Positions 31,035 to 43,346 of a stretch of DNA of 64,000 bases are shown here, one piece after another (within the stretch, counting starts at the first letter, position 1; each line of letters begins with the position of its first letter). Under the pieces are notes generated by a model. That model ran no database searches. It worked only from the letters and a program-made list of their open reading frames with translations, and was not told the origin of the DNA. Origin of the DNA: an uncultured Verrucomicrobiae bacterium (GTDB lineage: Bacteria > Verrucomicrobiota > Verrucomicrobiia > Chthoniobacterales > JAFAMB01). The position numbers were made by a program, and so were the translations under genes. The stretch covers positions 37,140 to 101,139 of the forward strand of contig CAVXLD010000002.1 of NCBI GenBank assembly GCA_963762565.1, read 5' to 3'.

Positions 31035-34000
31035 CTATCCCACTGCAGGCTCTGCTTCCTCCGGCGCCATTTCGGCTTGAGGAACCACCATTTCGAGGGT
31101 TTTCACGTTGCGATGATCGCTGAAACCGGTGCCGGCTGGGATCAGGTGTCCCATGATCACGTTTTCCTTGAACCCGCGTAAATAATCGATCTTTCCGAGG
31201 GTAGCGGCTTCCGTGAGTACCCGGGTGGTATCCTGGAACGAAGCAGCCGAAATAAAGCTGTCAGTCTCCAGAGACGCCTTGGTGATACCTAGCAGAACCG
31301 GCACCGCTTCGGCCGGCTTACCGCCTTGTTCGACAACCCGCCGATTCTCTTTCTCGAACTGGAGCCGCTCAACCTGATCACCCCAAAGCAGAGAGGTATC
31401 GCCAGGCTCAGTAATCTTCACCTTCCGCAGCATCTGCCGGACAATGATCTCGATATGCTTGTCGTTAATTTCGACACCCTGCAACCGATAGACCTCTTGG
31501 ACCTCGTTCACTAGATGTTCCTGCAGATCCTGCGGTCCGCACACGTCAAGAATTTCGTGGGGCACAATCGGACCTTCGGTGAGCTGGGATCCCTTCTTAA
31601 CAACATCGCCTTTGAAGACGATAATGTGCTTGTTCAACGGAATCAGGTGCTCTTCTTCTTGGCCGGTAGTGGCATCTCGAAGGATCAGCCGACGTTTGCC
31701 ACGGACAGTGCCGCCGAACTCGACTAAACCATCGATCTTGGCAATTTCTGCCGCATCCTTCGGACGTCGGGCTTCGAATAGCTCGGCAACTCGCGGTAGA
31801 CCTCCGGTGATGTCTTTCGTTTTAGCGATCTTTCTCGGAGTTTTCGCTAAGAGCGTACCCGCCGGGACCATGCCTTCGTCCGGGACGACGACGTGCGCAC
31901 CGGCCGGGATCGCGTAGCTGGCGATTTCCTTGTTGGAATCGTTAAAGATCACAATCTGCGGGTGCAGATCTTCCTTGTGCTCGATCACGACTGTACCCAA
32001 CAGGCCGGTGGTTTCGTCGATCTCCTTTCTCACGGTTACCCCTGCGATCATGTCACGGAACTCAACCTTACCGGGTTTCTCCGTCAGGATCGGGACGTTA
32101 TACGGATCCCACTGGACGAAGACATCGCCTTTCTTGACCTGTTTGCCATCTCCGACAGAAATGACCGAGCCAACCACAACATTGTAGCGTTCCAGCTCCC
32201 GGCCATCTTTCCCATGAACCGAGATCGATCCATTCTTGTTCAAAGCGATGTAGTTGCCATCGACTGATTGGACCACCCGAAGATCATTGAACTGAACTTG
32301 ACCTTCGTTCTTGGCCTTGATGATCGGCTGTTTGAAGAGCTGGGTCGCAGTACCACCGATGTGGAACGTACGCATGGTCAACTGGGTACCAGGCTCGCCA
32401 ATGCTCTGGGCAGCAATGATGCCTACTGCTTCCCCTAATTTCACCATTTGACCGGTAGCCAGGTTACGTCCATAGCAGCGAGCGCACACTGCCCGCTTCG
32501 ATTCGCAAGTTAACACCGAGCGAATCTTAAGTTGCTCGACACCGATCTTCATCAGAGCCTGCGCCTGCGGTTCCTCGATCAATTGGTTGGTCTTGATGAT
32601 GGTCTCTTTCGAAACCGGATCGGTAATCGTCTCGCAACTTACCCGCCCCACAATTCGGGCAGCCAAGTCGACCACTTCATCGTCACCTTCATAGATCGGG
32701 CGAACAGCGATGCCGTTAGCCGTTCCGCAGTCGTCCTCAACAATGATTACGTCCTGCGCCGCATCGACCAGCTTTCTGGTGAGATAACCAGAGTCGGCGG
32801 TCTTCAACGCGGTGTCCGCTAAGCCCTTACGCGCGCCGTGCGTCGAAATGAAGTACTCAAGCACGCTAAGACCCTCACGGAAGTTTGACGTAATCGGTCG
32901 CTCGATGATTTCCCCTGATGGCTTGGCCATCAGCCCTCGCATTCCGGCGAGCTGTTTTATCTGTTGGCGGTTACCTCGCGCCCCTGAATCCTGCATCAAA
33001 TAGACCGGGTTCAATTCCTTACGCCCCTCGTTATGCTGCAGGGTACGGAACATCACGTTCGAAATCTCTTCACCAGCCTGGGTCCAGATATCGATGATCT
33101 TATTGTATCTCTCACCCTCGGTGATGATACCGCTGCGATACTGCTTATCGACGACTGCAATCTCTTTGTACGCCTTATCCAGCTCGGTCTTCTTCTCGTT
33201 CGGGATAATCATGTCGGTGATCCCGATCGATACCCCCGCCTTCGTCGCCCAGTGGAACCCAAGCTCTTTGAGCCGGTCGAGCGTCTCTACGGTCTTCTGT
33301 TGTCCAGAGACCTGGTAGGTACGCCAGATGATATCGCTAAGCTGTTTCTTGGCGGCGGTCTTATTAAAGAAACCAAGTTCCTTAGGCCAGATACCGTTAA
33401 AGATAACCCGGCCGGCCGTCGTCTCGATTTCCTTGTCCCGCGGATTACCGTACGTCGTTGTTCGGCCGAAGTCCGGATTTAGGAACCTGACCCTTTCATG
33501 AATCTTGACGGCGCCTTCAGCTAGACCGAACTCGATCTCAGCTAACTCATGGAAGCGACGTAAGCGCTCACCGGGTTGAGTAACCTTGCGCGGTTCCTGC
33601 GTTAGATAGTAACAGCCCAGTACAATATCCTGGGACGGAGTGGTAATCGGTTTCCCGCTGGAAGGCGAGAAGATGTTGTTCGGCGCTAACATCAACAGGC
33701 GGGCTTCCATCTGCGCTTCCACAGACAGCGGCACGTGCACCGCCATTTGGTCACCGTCAAAGTCTGCGTTGTATGCCGTACAGACCAACGGATGGATCCG
33801 GATCGCCTCGCCCTCGATCAGTAACGGCTCAAACGCCTGAATCGATAACCGGTGCAAGGTTGGTGCTCGGTTCAGCAGCACTGGATGACCGCGCGTCACC
33901 TCTTCGAGTATGTCCCAAACTTCGGGTTTCTGCGCTTCGATCATTTTCTTAGCGCTACGGACCGTGTGGACGTATCCCAACTCTTTCAACCGGCGGATGA

Positions 34001-35144
34001 TGAACGGCTCGAAAAGCACGAGCGCCATCTTCTTTGGCAAACCGCACTGGTGCAGTTTCAGTTCCGGTCCGATCACAATAACGGAACGACCTGAATAATC
34101 GACACGCTTTCCTAACAGATTCTGGCGGAACCGGCCTCCTTTACCCTTCAACATGTCGCTCAACGATTTCAGCGGACGGTTTCCGGCGCCGGTAACGGCC
34201 CGGCCATGGCGCCCATTATCGAACAGGGCGTCAACCGCCTCTTGCAACATCCGTTTCTCGTTCCGGATAATGACGTCCGGCGTCTTGAGCTGCAGGAGAT
34301 TCTTTAACCGATTGTTCCGGTTAATAACGCGCCGGTAAAGATCGTTCAGATCCGAGGTAGCAAACCGGCCCCCTTCGAGAGGCACCAACGGCCGCAGATC
34401 CGGCGGGATCACCGGCAACACATCCAAGATCATCCATTCCGGCCGGGAATGAGAATTGATAAATCCCTGCACCAACTTGAGCCGCTTTGCTAATTTCTTG
34501 CGGATCTGTTTGCTCTTGGTGTTATTCATCGCCTCTTCCAACTCAAGGTTGAGTTGGCGGAGGTCGATCTGAGAAAGCAGAATCTTGATAGCTTCTGCTC
34601 CCATACCCGCTTTGAAGGTTTCCCCGTACTGTTCCTGGGCTTCCCGATATTCTTGCTCGTTTAAGAGCTGGCACTTCTGCAGTTGCGTCTGGCCAGGATC
34701 AATAACGATATAATCCTCGTAGTAGATAACCCGCTCCAATTGTCGCGAGCTCATGTCCAGCATGAGACCGATCCGGGACGGCATGCATTTATAAAACCAG
34801 ATATGGGACACCGGGACAGCCAGCTCGATATGCCCCATGCGCTCACGCCGGACGCGAGAAAGTGTTACCTCAACGCCGCAACGGTCGCAGATCACACCCT
34901 TGTGCTTAATCCGTTTGTACTTACCGCACGAGCATTCCCAATCTCGGGTCGGACCGAAAATGCGCTCGCAGAAAAGGCCTCCTTTTTCCGGTTTAAAGGT
35001 TCGGTAATTGATCGTCTCTGGATTCTTTACCTCACCTTTACTCCAAGAGCGGATGGCATCCGGCGATGCCACACTGATTCCTACTTGGTCGAAACCGACC
35101 GAGCGCTCTTCCCCAAGAAGTTCGCGAAGATTCGTTTCATTCAT
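31035..35144 (-). CDS. rpoC: RNA polymerase beta' subunit
   Basis: [32 protein letters not shown]. Confidence 0.99.
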   Translation of the reverse strand: MNETNLRELLGEERSVGFDQVGISVASPDAIRSWSKGEVKNPETINYRTFKPEKGGLFCERIFGPTRDWECSCGKYKRIKHKGVICDRCGVEVTLSRVRRERMGHIELAVPVSHIWFYKCMPSRIGLMLDMSSRQLERVIYYEDYIVIDPGQTQLQKCQLLNEQEYREAQEQYGETFKAGMGAEAIKILLSQIDLRQLNLELEEAMNNTKSKQIRKKLAKRLKLVQGFINSHSRPEWMILDVLPVIPPDLRPLVPLEGGRFATSDLNDLYRRVINRNNRLKNLLQLKTPDVIIRNEKRMLQEAVDALFDNGRHGRAVTGAGNRPLKSLSDMLKGKGGRFRQNLLGKRVDYSGRSVIVIGPELKLHQCGLPKKMALVLFEPFIIRRLKELGYVHTVRSAKKMIEAQKPEVWDILEEVTRGHPVLLNRAPTLHRLSIQAFEPLLIEGEAIRIHPLVCTAYNADFDGDQMAVHVPLSVEAQMEARLLMLAPNNIFSPSSGKPITTPSQDIVLGCYYLTQEPRKVTQPGERLRRFHELAEIEFGLAEGAVKIHERVRFLNPDFGRTTTYGNPRDKEIETTAGRVIFNGIWPKELGFFNKTAAKKQLSDIIWRTYQVSGQQKTVETLDRLKELGFHWATKAGVSIGITDMIIPNEKKTELDKAYKEIAVVDKQYRSGIITEGERYNKIIDIWTQAGEEISNVMFRTLQHNEGRKELNPVYLMQDSGARGNRQQIKQLAGMRGLMAKPSGEIIERPITSNFREGLSVLEYFISTHGARKGLADTALKTADSGYLTRKLVDAAQDVIIVEDDCGTANGIAVRPIYEGDDEVVDLAARIVGRVSCETITDPVSKETIIKTNQLIEEPQAQALMKIGVEQLKIRSVLTCESKRAVCARCYGRNLATGQMVKLGEAVGIIAAQSIGEPGTQLTMRTFHIGGTATQLFKQPIIKAKNEGQVQFNDLRVVQSVDGNYIALNKNGSISVHGKDGRELERYNVVVGSVISVGDGKQVKKGDVFVQWDPYNVPILTEKPGKVEFRDMIAGVTVRKEIDETTGLLGTVVIEHKEDLHPQIVIFNDSNKEIASYAIPAGAHVVVPDEGMVPAGTLLAKTPRKIAKTKDITGGLPRVAELFEARRPKDAAEIAKIDGLVEFGGTVRGKRRLILRDATTGQEEEHLIPLNKHIIVFKGDVVKKGSQLTEGPIVPHEILDVCGPQDLQEHLVNEVQEVYRLQGVEINDKHIEIIVRQMLRKVKITEPGDTSLLWGDQVERLQFEKENRRVVEQGGKPAEAVPVLLGITKASLETDSFISAASFQDTTRVLTEAATLGKIDYLRGFKENVIMGHLIPAGTGFSDHRNVKTLEMVVPQAEMAPEEAEPAVG

Positions 35145-35247
35145 AGCTTTGACCGCGGGTTTTCAGGATAACAAAGTGCTAAGTGACGCTCGGGAACCGC
35201 GAACCTCGAGTGTGTTAGTTAAAACTTTCAAAACAGCATTTCGGGCA

Positions 35248-38200
35248 TTATCCGGCCGCCACGGCAGCGACATCCAAGGTGGTGTCCAGGAAGGTCTGCG
35301 GTTTCCCGCCCACCTTCACGTCTAAGCCCAGGCTCTGCATTTCCTTAATCAAAACGTTGAATGACTCCGGAGTGCCGGCCTCAAGTGAGTTGTCACCTTT
35401 GACGATAGACTCGTAAATTCGGGTCCGGCCTTGCACGTCATCGGATTTTACGGTCAGCAATTCTTGGAGGGTATAAGCGGCGCCATACGCCTCCAAGGCC
35501 CATACCTCCATTTCCCCGAATCGCTGTCCGCCATATTGGGCTTTTCCTCCCAACGGCTGCTGGGTTACCAACGAGTAAGGACCAACCGCTCGAGCGTGGA
35601 TCTTGTCAGCAACCAAGTGCCCCAGTTTCAACATGTAGATGTACCCGACCACGACTTGTTGATCGAACGAATCGCCGGTGCGACCATCGTAAAGGGTCGA
35701 TTTACCGTTTTCATTCACCCAGGTAAACCCATCGATCTTCTTCGCTTCGGTGAGATACTTGCGAACTTCGGGCTCATCAATTCCGTCAAAAACCGGCGTC
35801 GCCACTTTGAATCCGAGAGCCTTAGCGGCAACTCCCAAGTGTGTTTCCAGCACTTGTCCCACATTCATTCGGCTCGGCACACCAAGCGGATTGAGCACAA
35901 TCTCGACCGGAGTTCCGTCACTAAGGAACGGCATGTCTTCTTCCGGCACGATCTTAGCCACAACCCCCTTGTTTCCGTGACGCCCCGCCATCTTGTCGCC
36001 AACACTCAGTTTGCGCTTACTGGCGATATAAACCTTAACCTGCTTGATGATGCCGGGATCGATATCGTCACCGCTCTCAATTCGGTCGAGCGATCGATCT
36101 TTCTCGAGATCGAGCTCGGCAAACTTATGTTCGAAAGAACTGATGATCTCCCGGATCTTATTCCGGATCGGGCTCGGATCGATGTCAATATGATCGTATA
36201 CTCCGGCCAACTTCCGTAGCAGCGTCTTGGTGATCTTCCGGTTCGCCGGGATGATGATCTCCCCGGTTTCAGCATTCACCACATCCAACGGGATCTTTTC
36301 GCCCAATAGGATGTTCGATAGTGCTTCCGTAAGTTCTTCGTGCAGCTCCTCTTTCTTTTTACGATAGTCTTCGCCGATTTGTCTGGCTTGACGCTTGGTC
36401 TCGGCTGGAGTGAGTTTTTGTTTCTGAACCTCTTTCCGGGATGAGACCTTCACGTCCATCACGATCCCGTAGGTCCCGGACGGCACCGTCAGAGAAGTGT
36501 CTTTAACATCGGCCGCTTTCTCACCGAAAATCGCGCGCAACAATCTTTCTTCCGGAGCAAGCTCGGTTTCGCTCTTAGGCGTAATCTTGCCTACGAGGAT
36601 GTCTCCGGGTTTAACTTCGGCTCCGACCCGGATGACGCCATCAGACCCGAGATTCCGCAATGCTTCTTCGCTGACGTTTGGTATATCCCGAGTGATCTCT
36701 TCCGGGCCCAGCTTGGTATCGCGCGCCCCGATCTCGAACTCGTCGATGTGGATAGAAGTATAAATATCCTCCTTAACCACTTTCTCAGAGATAAGAATCG
36801 CGTCCTCGAAGTTGTAGCCGTTCCACGGCATAAACGCGACCAACACGTTTCGGCCGAGCGCCAGCTCCCCGTTTTCTGTGTTCGGTCCGTCCGCGATTAC
36901 CTGTCCCTTGGCGATCTTGTCTCCTTTGCTGACAATCGGTTTCTGGTTAATGCAGGTACCGGCATTCGACCGCATGAACTTGCGGAGCTCGTAAACATAC
37001 AAGCCGTCTTCAGGCCGGCTCATTGGGCGCTTCTTCAACTCAGGAAGCCTGCCATCCTTAGTCGTAACAATTTGCTCCGCTGTAACCGAGGCGACGGTCC
37101 CGTCCCCTTCTGCTACGATGACTGCTTTCGAATCTCGAGCCACCTTTCCCTCAAGGCCGGTACCGACTAGTGGTGACTCCGACCGGATCAGCGGTACACC
37201 TTGGCGCTGCATGTTAGATCCCATCAACGCCCGGTTTGCATCGTCGTGCTCCAAGAAAGGAATCAACCCGGCAGCAACTGAAACCAGCTGTTTCGGGGAG
37301 ATGTCCATGTAATGGATCCTCGATGGTTCAACCTCCACGAAGTCGCCCCGGAATCGGCAAGAAACTTTCTCGTCGATAAAAGCTCCATTCTTCTCGATAG
37401 GCGCATTCGCCTGAGCAACGACGTAGTTCTCCTCGCGATCGGCCGTCAGGTAGTCGATGTGGCCGGTTACTCGCCCACTCTCAACTTTCCGATAGGGCGT
37501 CTCGATAAACCCGAATTCATTTATCCGGGCAAAGGTGCTCATGGAGCTGATCAAACCGATGTTCGGACCTTCCGGCGTCTCAATCGGACAAATACGTCCA
37601 TAGTGAGACGGATGAACGTCACGAACTTCGAACCCGGCTCGATCGCGGCTCAAACCTCCAGGGCCAAGGGCGGAAAGACGTCGTTTATGGGTCAATTCCG
37701 CCAGCGGATTCGTTTGATCCATGAACTGGCTGAGCTGTGACCGGCCAAAGAAATCGCGAATGACGGCACTCAACGCTTTTGGATTGATCAGCTTTTGTGG
37801 AGTCATCCCGTCGATGTTCACGTCAAAGAGCGTCATCCGCTCTTTCACCAAGCGCTCGGTACGAGCCAAACCGACCCGGCACTGATTCGCCAGCAACTCC
37901 CCAACGGTTCGAACTCGGCGGCTACCGAGGTGATCAATATCATCGAGGAGTCCTTCTCCTTTTCGCAAATTCACGAGGTATTTCATCGCTCCGATGAAGT
38001 CCTGCGTGGTGAGAGTCCGTTCGGTCAAATCAACCTCGATACTGAGCTTCTGATTGATTTTGTAACGTCCGACTCGCCCTAGATCGTACTTCTTCGGATC
38101 AAAGAACAACCGTCGCAACAAACCGCGTGCGTTTGGGATGGTCGGAGGATCGCCAGGCCGCAGACGTCGATAGATATCCCGTAACGCTTCTTCCTCATCG

Positions 38201-39066
38201 TGGGCCGGATCTTTCTTGATCGACTTAATAATGGTGTCGTCGTCTTTCGTGTCGACGACATCGACCTCGGTGATTCCCAGTGACAAGACCTGTTGGATGG
38301 TCGCCTTGGTGAGCGGCTCAAATGCGCGCGCCACGGTGATTTCACCATCTCGCACATCAGCGATCAACACCTTGGTGTTGAGCTGTTCTTCGTCGATGGT
38401 CGCTTTGAGGGAAAGCTTTTCGATCTGATAGAAGACCTTGATAATCTGTTCGTCCGACCCGTAACCGATCGCCCGTAGAAAGGTAGTCGCGAGGAACTTC
38501 CGGCGGCGTTTCCGGCGGTCGAGATAGATGTAAAGCAGGTCGTTGGTATCGAATTGAACTTCCAGCCAGGAACCACGATCCGGAATAATTCGGAAGCTAT
38601 AGAGAACCTTACCGTTAAGGTGGATGCTGGACTCGAACGCGATACCGGGGGAGCGATGCAATTGGCTCACCACAACGCGCTCGGCGCCATTAATCACAAA
38701 GGTGCCCTGGGGCGTCATGAGCGGGATCTCGCCCATGTAAACCTTCTCTTCTTTGGTCCCTTTCTCGTCCTTGAGCTGAAAAGTGACATGCAGCGGCGCG
38801 CTGAAGGTTTGCCCTTCGCGCTGACAATCCAGAGCCGACATTTTCGGGTCACCAATATCGTAGCTCGCGAAATCGAGTACGACTTTGTCATCGTAGCTTT
38901 GGATCGGGAAAACTTCTCTAAAGACCGCCTGCAGGCCGACGTTCTTGCGTTTGCTGGGCGGCACGTCCTTTTGGAGAAACTCAACGTACGAATTGAGCTG
39001 CACTTCAATTAGGTTTGGCGGCTCGACAGCTTCTTTGATCTTTCCGAAATAAATACGCTCTGACAT
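35248..39066 (-). CDS. rpoB: RNA polymerase beta subunit
   Basis: [37 protein letters not shown]. Confidence 0.99.
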   Translation of the reverse strand: MSERIYFGKIKEAVEPPNLIEVQLNSYVEFLQKDVPPSKRKNVGLQAVFREVFPIQSYDDKVVLDFASYDIGDPKMSALDCQREGQTFSAPLHVTFQLKDEKGTKEEKVYMGEIPLMTPQGTFVINGAERVVVSQLHRSPGIAFESSIHLNGKVLYSFRIIPDRGSWLEVQFDTNDLLYIYLDRRKRRRKFLATTFLRAIGYGSDEQIIKVFYQIEKLSLKATIDEEQLNTKVLIADVRDGEITVARAFEPLTKATIQQVLSLGITEVDVVDTKDDDTIIKSIKKDPAHDEEEALRDIYRRLRPGDPPTIPNARGLLRRLFFDPKKYDLGRVGRYKINQKLSIEVDLTERTLTTQDFIGAMKYLVNLRKGEGLLDDIDHLGSRRVRTVGELLANQCRVGLARTERLVKERMTLFDVNIDGMTPQKLINPKALSAVIRDFFGRSQLSQFMDQTNPLAELTHKRRLSALGPGGLSRDRAGFEVRDVHPSHYGRICPIETPEGPNIGLISSMSTFARINEFGFIETPYRKVESGRVTGHIDYLTADREENYVVAQANAPIEKNGAFIDEKVSCRFRGDFVEVEPSRIHYMDISPKQLVSVAAGLIPFLEHDDANRALMGSNMQRQGVPLIRSESPLVGTGLEGKVARDSKAVIVAEGDGTVASVTAEQIVTTKDGRLPELKKRPMSRPEDGLYVYELRKFMRSNAGTCINQKPIVSKGDKIAKGQVIADGPNTENGELALGRNVLVAFMPWNGYNFEDAILISEKVVKEDIYTSIHIDEFEIGARDTKLGPEEITRDIPNVSEEALRNLGSDGVIRVGAEVKPGDILVGKITPKSETELAPEERLLRAIFGEKAADVKDTSLTVPSGTYGIVMDVKVSSRKEVQKQKLTPAETKRQARQIGEDYRKKKEELHEELTEALSNILLGEKIPLDVVNAETGEIIIPANRKITKTLLRKLAGVYDHIDIDPSPIRNKIREIISSFEHKFAELDLEKDRSLDRIESGDDIDPGIIKQVKVYIASKRKLSVGDKMAGRHGNKGVVAKIVPEEDMPFLSDGTPVEIVLNPLGVPSRMNVGQVLETHLGVAAKALGFKVATPVFDGIDEPEVRKYLTEAKKIDGFTWVNENGKSTLYDGRTGDSFDQQVVVGYIYMLKLGHLVADKIHARAVGPYSLVTQQPLGGKAQYGGQRFGEMEVWALEAYGAAYTLQELLTVKSDDVQGRTRIYESIVKGDNSLEAGTPESFNVLIKEMQSLGLDVKVGGKPQTFLDTTLDVAAVAAG

Positions 39067-39327
39067 ACGGATGCTTTTCTCTTCCAACCGATCGGTACTT
39101 TAGTACCGGTTCACTCTGTTAAGGCTCCCTTGCTGGCAAAAACGCCAAAGGGGAACACAAATAGCCCCACTCGCAAGGCCTGTCAACTTTGCCTCACGTC
39201 TGGAGCTTTGAATTGTGCTGAATGTGTTAAACGAGCGAGTGATATCTCGAGTTCCCCCGCGGTCAACGAGCTAACACTCTAACCGATTCCGCCCCAGTCG
39301 CAAGCGGTTTTGGCGGGAGAAGGGTCT

Positions 39328-39639
39328 CCGTGGAGCGCTGCCTCGCTTGCGAGGCCGGCAAGAATGGTGGGGCGAGGCTCCGTAATTACATCAGGCTTTC
39401 GCGGAGCGGTTTGCTGCGTTTAACCCAAAGCGTGCGACTCTGCAGCGCTGCCGAGCCGTGGTCTATGGGGTTGCCAAGACCGTGGAGCTTCGGTCGTCAA
39501 GGGACCGGCTCGGCCGCTTTCCAGCCTAGTCTCCCGTAGAGGCATCGAAGCATCGGCAACCCTGATAACTGCATTTGGTCTTTCGGGAGCCTCGCCCCAC
39601 CATTGTTCCCGGCCTCGCAAGCGAGGCAGCGCTCCACGG
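39328..39639. repeat. Family A element (~39365-39603) nested in a second IR pair
   Basis: Outer ccgtggagcgctgcctcgcttgcgaggccgg / ccggcctcgcaagcgaggcagcgctccacgg; a single related arm at ~42859-42883. Confidence 0.85.
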
Positions 39640-39648
39640 TTTCCGCAC

Positions 39649-39681
39649 AAAAAAACGGGCGCAGAAAGACATCTGCGCCCG
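39649..39681 (-). terminator. Intrinsic terminator after rplL
   Basis: cgggcgcaga-tgtctt-tctgcgcccg followed by T7 on the minus strand. Confidence 0.8.
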
Positions 39682-39721
39682 GTTCAATGAATCCTGAGAG
39701 TTAAAGCGCCGTCTACTCCGT

Positions 39722-40111
39722 CTACTTGATCTCGACCTTGGCGCCAGCCGCTTCGATCTTCTTCTTGATCTCTTCGGCTTCCTGCTTGGTGACGCCTTCC
39801 TTAACCGGTTTAGGCGCGCTCTCTACCAGGGCCTTAGCTTCCGCGAGTCCTAAACCGGACACTGCGGCGCGCACTTCCTTAATGACGGCGATTTTGTTAC
39901 CGCCGACTTCTTTAAGGATCACGTCGAATGCGATCTTTTCCTCGGCTGCAGGCGCCGCCGCCGCTCCGCCAGCTCCGGCCGCCGGCGCTGCTACCGCCAC
40001 TGGCGCTGCCGCGCTGACACCCCATTTTTCTTCGAGTTTCTTGACCAGGTCAGCGATCTCCAAAACGGTCAATCCGCTGAGCTGTTGTACGAGTTGTTCT
40101 GTATCTGCCAT
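39722..40111 (-). CDS. rplL: 50S ribosomal protein L7/L12
   Basis: [33 protein letters not shown]. Confidence 0.97.
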   Translation of the reverse strand: MADTEQLVQQLSGLTVLEIADLVKKLEEKWGVSAAAPVAVAAPAAGAGGAAAAPAAEEKIAFDVILKEVGGNKIAVIKEVRAAVSGLGLAEAKALVESAPKPVKEGVTKQEAEEIKKKIEAAGAKVEIK

Positions 40112-40261
40112 ATTTTTCTCTTCGGTATCGTCGCGCTTCCGAAGCCTCAGGAGCATTTAAGATTCCGCAGCTGCAGAACCCGACGAGGAACCAGTTGTTT
40201 TTTGCCAGGGCGCGCGGCTTCTTCGCGCCTCGTTTTGTCCTAGGCCTGGTTAAAACTCAGC

Positions 40262-40813
40262 CTAGGCTAAAATCTGTTCATCACCTTTCACCTCTTCCGC
40301 GCCGCCCTCCTTTTCGAATCTCGCCTTCAGCAACCGAGCTAGCGATGCACCCGGTTCGTTCAGCACGGTAACCAGCTTCTGTAGCGGTGACATCAATACC
40401 CCAAGGAGCTGGGCCTGCAACACAGGCTTCGCTGGGAGGTCGGCCAGCGCCTGGATTTGCTCCTTCGAAAGAACCGCATGATCTAGTACGCCAAGTCGCA
40501 CCACCGGCCTCTGGAATTCAGACGAGAAGGTTTTCAGGACCTTTGCTGCGGCGCAAACGTCGCTTTCGCCAGTAACAATCGCAGTCTGGCCAGTCAAATC
40601 CTTGCTCAGATCTGGGAAACCGACTTCAGCCGCCGCCCGGCGCAAAAACGTATTCTTAACAACCTTGCACTGGGCACCGGCCCCGGCCAGACGATTCCGG
40701 AGCTCTGCAAACTGCAGTACATTCATCCCGGTGTATTCGGTAACGATCAGGAACGGGGACGCGTTCAGTCGCGCAGACAAATCTTCAACAATCGTGGTCT
40801 TTTCAGGTCTCAT
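40262..40813 (-). CDS. rplJ: 50S ribosomal protein L10
   Basis: VVKNT, LADLP; position between rplA and rplL. Confidence 0.95.
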   Translation of the reverse strand: MRPEKTTIVEDLSARLNASPFLIVTEYTGMNVLQFAELRNRLAGAGAQCKVVKNTFLRRAAAEVGFPDLSKDLTGQTAIVTGESDVCAAAKVLKTFSSEFQRPVVRLGVLDHAVLSKEQIQALADLPAKPVLQAQLLGVLMSPLQKLVTVLNEPGASLARLLKARFEKEGGAEEVKGDEQILA

Positions 40814-40825
40814 TTTCGCTTCCCC

Positions 40826-41527
40826 CTATCGGTTGTAAGTAGCCGCATCCAGCCGCAGGCCCGGTGTCATGGTTGCGCTGACGGTAATACTATGAACAAA
40901 CTTGCCTTTGGCAGCCGGCGGACGTGCTTTGACCACCGCATCAATCACCGCGCTTCCGTTCGCCACCAGGGCATCTGGAGCAAATGAGAATTTGCCCATC
41001 GGAACAGCCACATTGCCGTTCTTATCTAGCTTAAATTCAACCCGGCCAGCTTTTACTTCGCGGATAGCCTTGGCCGTATCCTCGGTCACGGTACCGGTCT
41101 TCGGATTAGGCATAAGACCGCGCGGACCTAGAATTTTACCTAGTTTGCGTACTTCCGACATCGCTGCCGGAGTGGCAATGGCGACATCAAAATCTTGGAA
41201 CCCGGCCTGGCACTGTTTGATGAGGTCTTCGAATCCGACATACTCCGCGCCGGCTTCTTTCGCTGCGGTTGCGGCTTGACCTTGCGCAAAAACCAGTACT
41301 CGCACCGTCTTACCGCTGCCATGCGGCAAAGGGCAAGTCCCGCGAACCATCTGATCAGACTGCCGGGGGTCAACGCCTAGCTTAAAAGAGAGCGTGACCG
41401 TCTGGTCGAACTTTGTCGGCGGCAGTTTCTTCAGGAGGTCAACTGCCTCCGGAAGCGAATAGGCCTTCTGCGAATCCACTAGTTCCGCACAAGACCGGTA
41501 ACGTTTACTTCGATCTTTTAGTTTCAT
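40826..41527 (-). CDS. rplA: 50S ribosomal protein L1
   Basis: LGVDPRQSDQMVRG, LGPRGLMPNPKTGTVT. Confidence 0.97.
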   Translation of the reverse strand: MKLKDRSKRYRSCAELVDSQKAYSLPEAVDLLKKLPPTKFDQTVTLSFKLGVDPRQSDQMVRGTCPLPHGSGKTVRVLVFAQGQAATAAKEAGAEYVGFEDLIKQCQAGFQDFDVAIATPAAMSEVRKLGKILGPRGLMPNPKTGTVTEDTAKAIREVKAGRVEFKLDKNGNVAVPMGKFSFAPDALVANGSAVIDAVVKARPPAAKGKFVHSITVSATMTPGLRLDAATYNR

Positions 41528-41534
41528 TTCTTTT

Positions 41535-41569
41535 GCAGTCCTAGCGGTCTGACGGGTCGGACCTCCTGC
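41535..41569 (-). promoter_or_regulatory. Candidate L1-binding autoregulatory hairpin before rplA
   Basis: Minus strand gcagGAGgtc...gaccGCTAGGActgc: two stems around an asymmetric purine-rich loop, 7 nt before the ATG. Confidence 0.45.
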
Positions 41570-41751
41570 GTCTGTTCTCTGTTTTCTTTACCTATTGCGA
41601 ACGATCTCCTCCGATCGCCCGAAGCTCGTCGGAATGACAAATGACAAATGACAGATGACAAATCTTAAACGGCGCCGGCCGTAGACGGGTTTCCGAATTT
41701 GTCATTTGCAATTTGTCATTTGTCATCTGTCCGAGCCTCCGGCGAGGACAG

Positions 41752-42177
41752 CTACTCTACCACATCGATGCCCATTTGCCGAGCAGTACCAACCAATGTC
41801 CGATAAGCTGCCTCTTCGGACCGGGCATTCATATCCTTTATCTTGACCTTAACGATCTCCATGACGTCTTTCTTGGTGAGCTGACCAACCTTGGTTTTAC
41901 CCGGCTCTTTAGATCCAGCTGCAATGTTCGCGGCCTTCTTCAGCAGAATAGCTGCTGGGGGCGCCTTGGTGATGAAGGTAAAAGACTTGTCTTTATAAAC
42001 GGTGATTACGACCGGCAGGATGTCTCCAGCCTGTTTCTGAGTGGCGGCGTTAAACTCTTTGCAGAACGCCATGATGTTGACACCGTTCTGACCCAGCGCG
42101 GGTCCAACCGGCGGTGCTGGGTTTGCTTGCCCGGCCGGGATCTGAAGCTTAATCGTTGCGACGATTTCCTTTGCCAT
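41752..42177 (-). CDS. rplK: 50S ribosomal protein L11
   Basis: [20 protein letters not shown]. Confidence 0.97.
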   Translation of the reverse strand: MAKEIVATIKLQIPAGQANPAPPVGPALGQNGVNIMAFCKEFNAATQKQAGDILPVVITVYKDKSFTFITKAPPAAILLKKAANIAAGSKEPGKTKVGQLTKKDVMEIVKVKIKDMNARSEEAAYRTLVGTARQMGIDVVE

Positions 42178-42285
42178 TGTTTTAGTTTTCTATTCCCCGG
42201 TACCCCGGGCTGCTTTAAGTGAGAGGCGAGAAGTGATTGATGAGAGGTGATTGGTGGCGGGCAAGCCCCGCCTATTTGCTATTCT

Positions 42286-42849
42286 TCAACTGCGTTCGAC
42301 CTGCCAATACTCCAACTCGACCGGCGTAGAACGGCCAAAGATGCTGACCGAAACACGCAGTTTGCCACGATCAGGATCAATTTCTTCAACGACACCGCTC
42401 TGGTTCTGAAACGGTCCGTCTGCCACTTTAACTGTTTCCCCCACCTCAAAGCTAACCTTCGGCTTAACCTTATCTTCGCGCTCTCGGATCTGGGCCAGCA
42501 TACTTTCGACCTCTTGAGGCCGCATCGGTATGGGGCGATCCTTAGTCCCGGCAAATCCGAGGACGCCTGGGGTTTCACGGATGAAATACCAAGTCCGGTC
42601 TACCAGCTGGTTCTGCTTATCCAGCAGGTACATATTGACGATGAGATAACCCGGGAAAAATTTGCGAGTCGTCTCGGTGCGTTTACCGCGCTTAATCTCA
42701 GAAACGCGCTCGGTCGGAATCAGGACTTCATAGACCAGGTCGCCCATTTCCTCGGTCTTGATTCGCCGGGTCAGACTCTCGTAGACCTTCTGTTCCTGGC
42801 CTGACAGAACGTGCACCACAAACCATTGATCTTTATCGGGCTCACTCAT
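42286..42849 (-). CDS. nusG: Transcription factor NusG
   Basis: WFVVHVLSGQE, FFPGY, KOW motif DGPF, IFGRSTPVEL. Confidence 0.96.
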   Translation of the reverse strand: MSEPDKDQWFVVHVLSGQEQKVYESLTRRIKTEEMGDLVYEVLIPTERVSEIKRGKRTETTRKFFPGYLIVNMYLLDKQNQLVDRTWYFIRETPGVLGFAGTKDRPIPMRPQEVESMLAQIREREDKVKPKVSFEVGETVKVADGPFQNQSGVVEEIDPDRGKLRVSVSIFGRSTPVELEYWQVERS

Positions 42850-42887
42850 AATTACGTCGGCCTCGCAAGCGAGGCACGCTCCAGGAC

Positions 42888-43109
42888 TCAGGGCACCAGC
42901 CAACCAACTACTTTAACCATCACAAAATCCCAGAACGCGATGTAGCCGCTCAATAACAGCATCGCGATAACCACAACCGTGGTGGAATCAATCAATTCCC
43001 GGTATTTTCTGACCCCGTGTTCTTTAGGGTCCCAAGGCCAGCTCGCCTTCACCAACTCCCCGCGCACTTCACCAACGAAACGACCAATATTTCGAAAGAA
43101 ACCAAACAT
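42888..43109 (-). CDS. secE: Preprotein translocase subunit SecE
   Basis: ELVKASWP followed by one TM; position between tRNA-Trp and nusG. Confidence 0.9.
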   Translation of the reverse strand: MFGFFRNIGRFVGEVRGELVKASWPWDPKEHGVRKYRELIDSTTVVVIAMLLLSGYIAFWDFVMVKVVGWLVP

Positions 43110-43126
43110 AGGGATAGACGGGGAAT

Positions 43127-43199
43127 CAGGTCAGGAGGGACTCGAACCCCCAACCGGCGGTTTTGGAGACCGCTGCTCTACCAATTGAGCTACTGACCT
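43127..43199 (-). tRNA. tRNA-Trp (CCA); 3' CCA not encoded
   Basis: AGGTCAG acceptor stem, GCGGT-CTCCAAA-ACCGC anticodon arm, GTTCGAGTC. Confidence 0.95.
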
Positions 43200-43346
43200 A
43201 AAAAAGTTCACTGCTTTAATCAAACGGCTTGGCAGGAGCTTCACTTTACCCAAAAAACCCTAGCCCCACCAAGAGGAATGGCCCGGCATGGCAGTCGTAG
43301 CTTCGCTAGGGCACGCCATTGACTGCCGGACCTCAAATTTTAACCT

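Noticed and set aside
43200..43346. Hidden rpmG between tuf and tRNA-Trp
   Set aside because: No L33-like ORF is present and the gap is too short; not remarkable.
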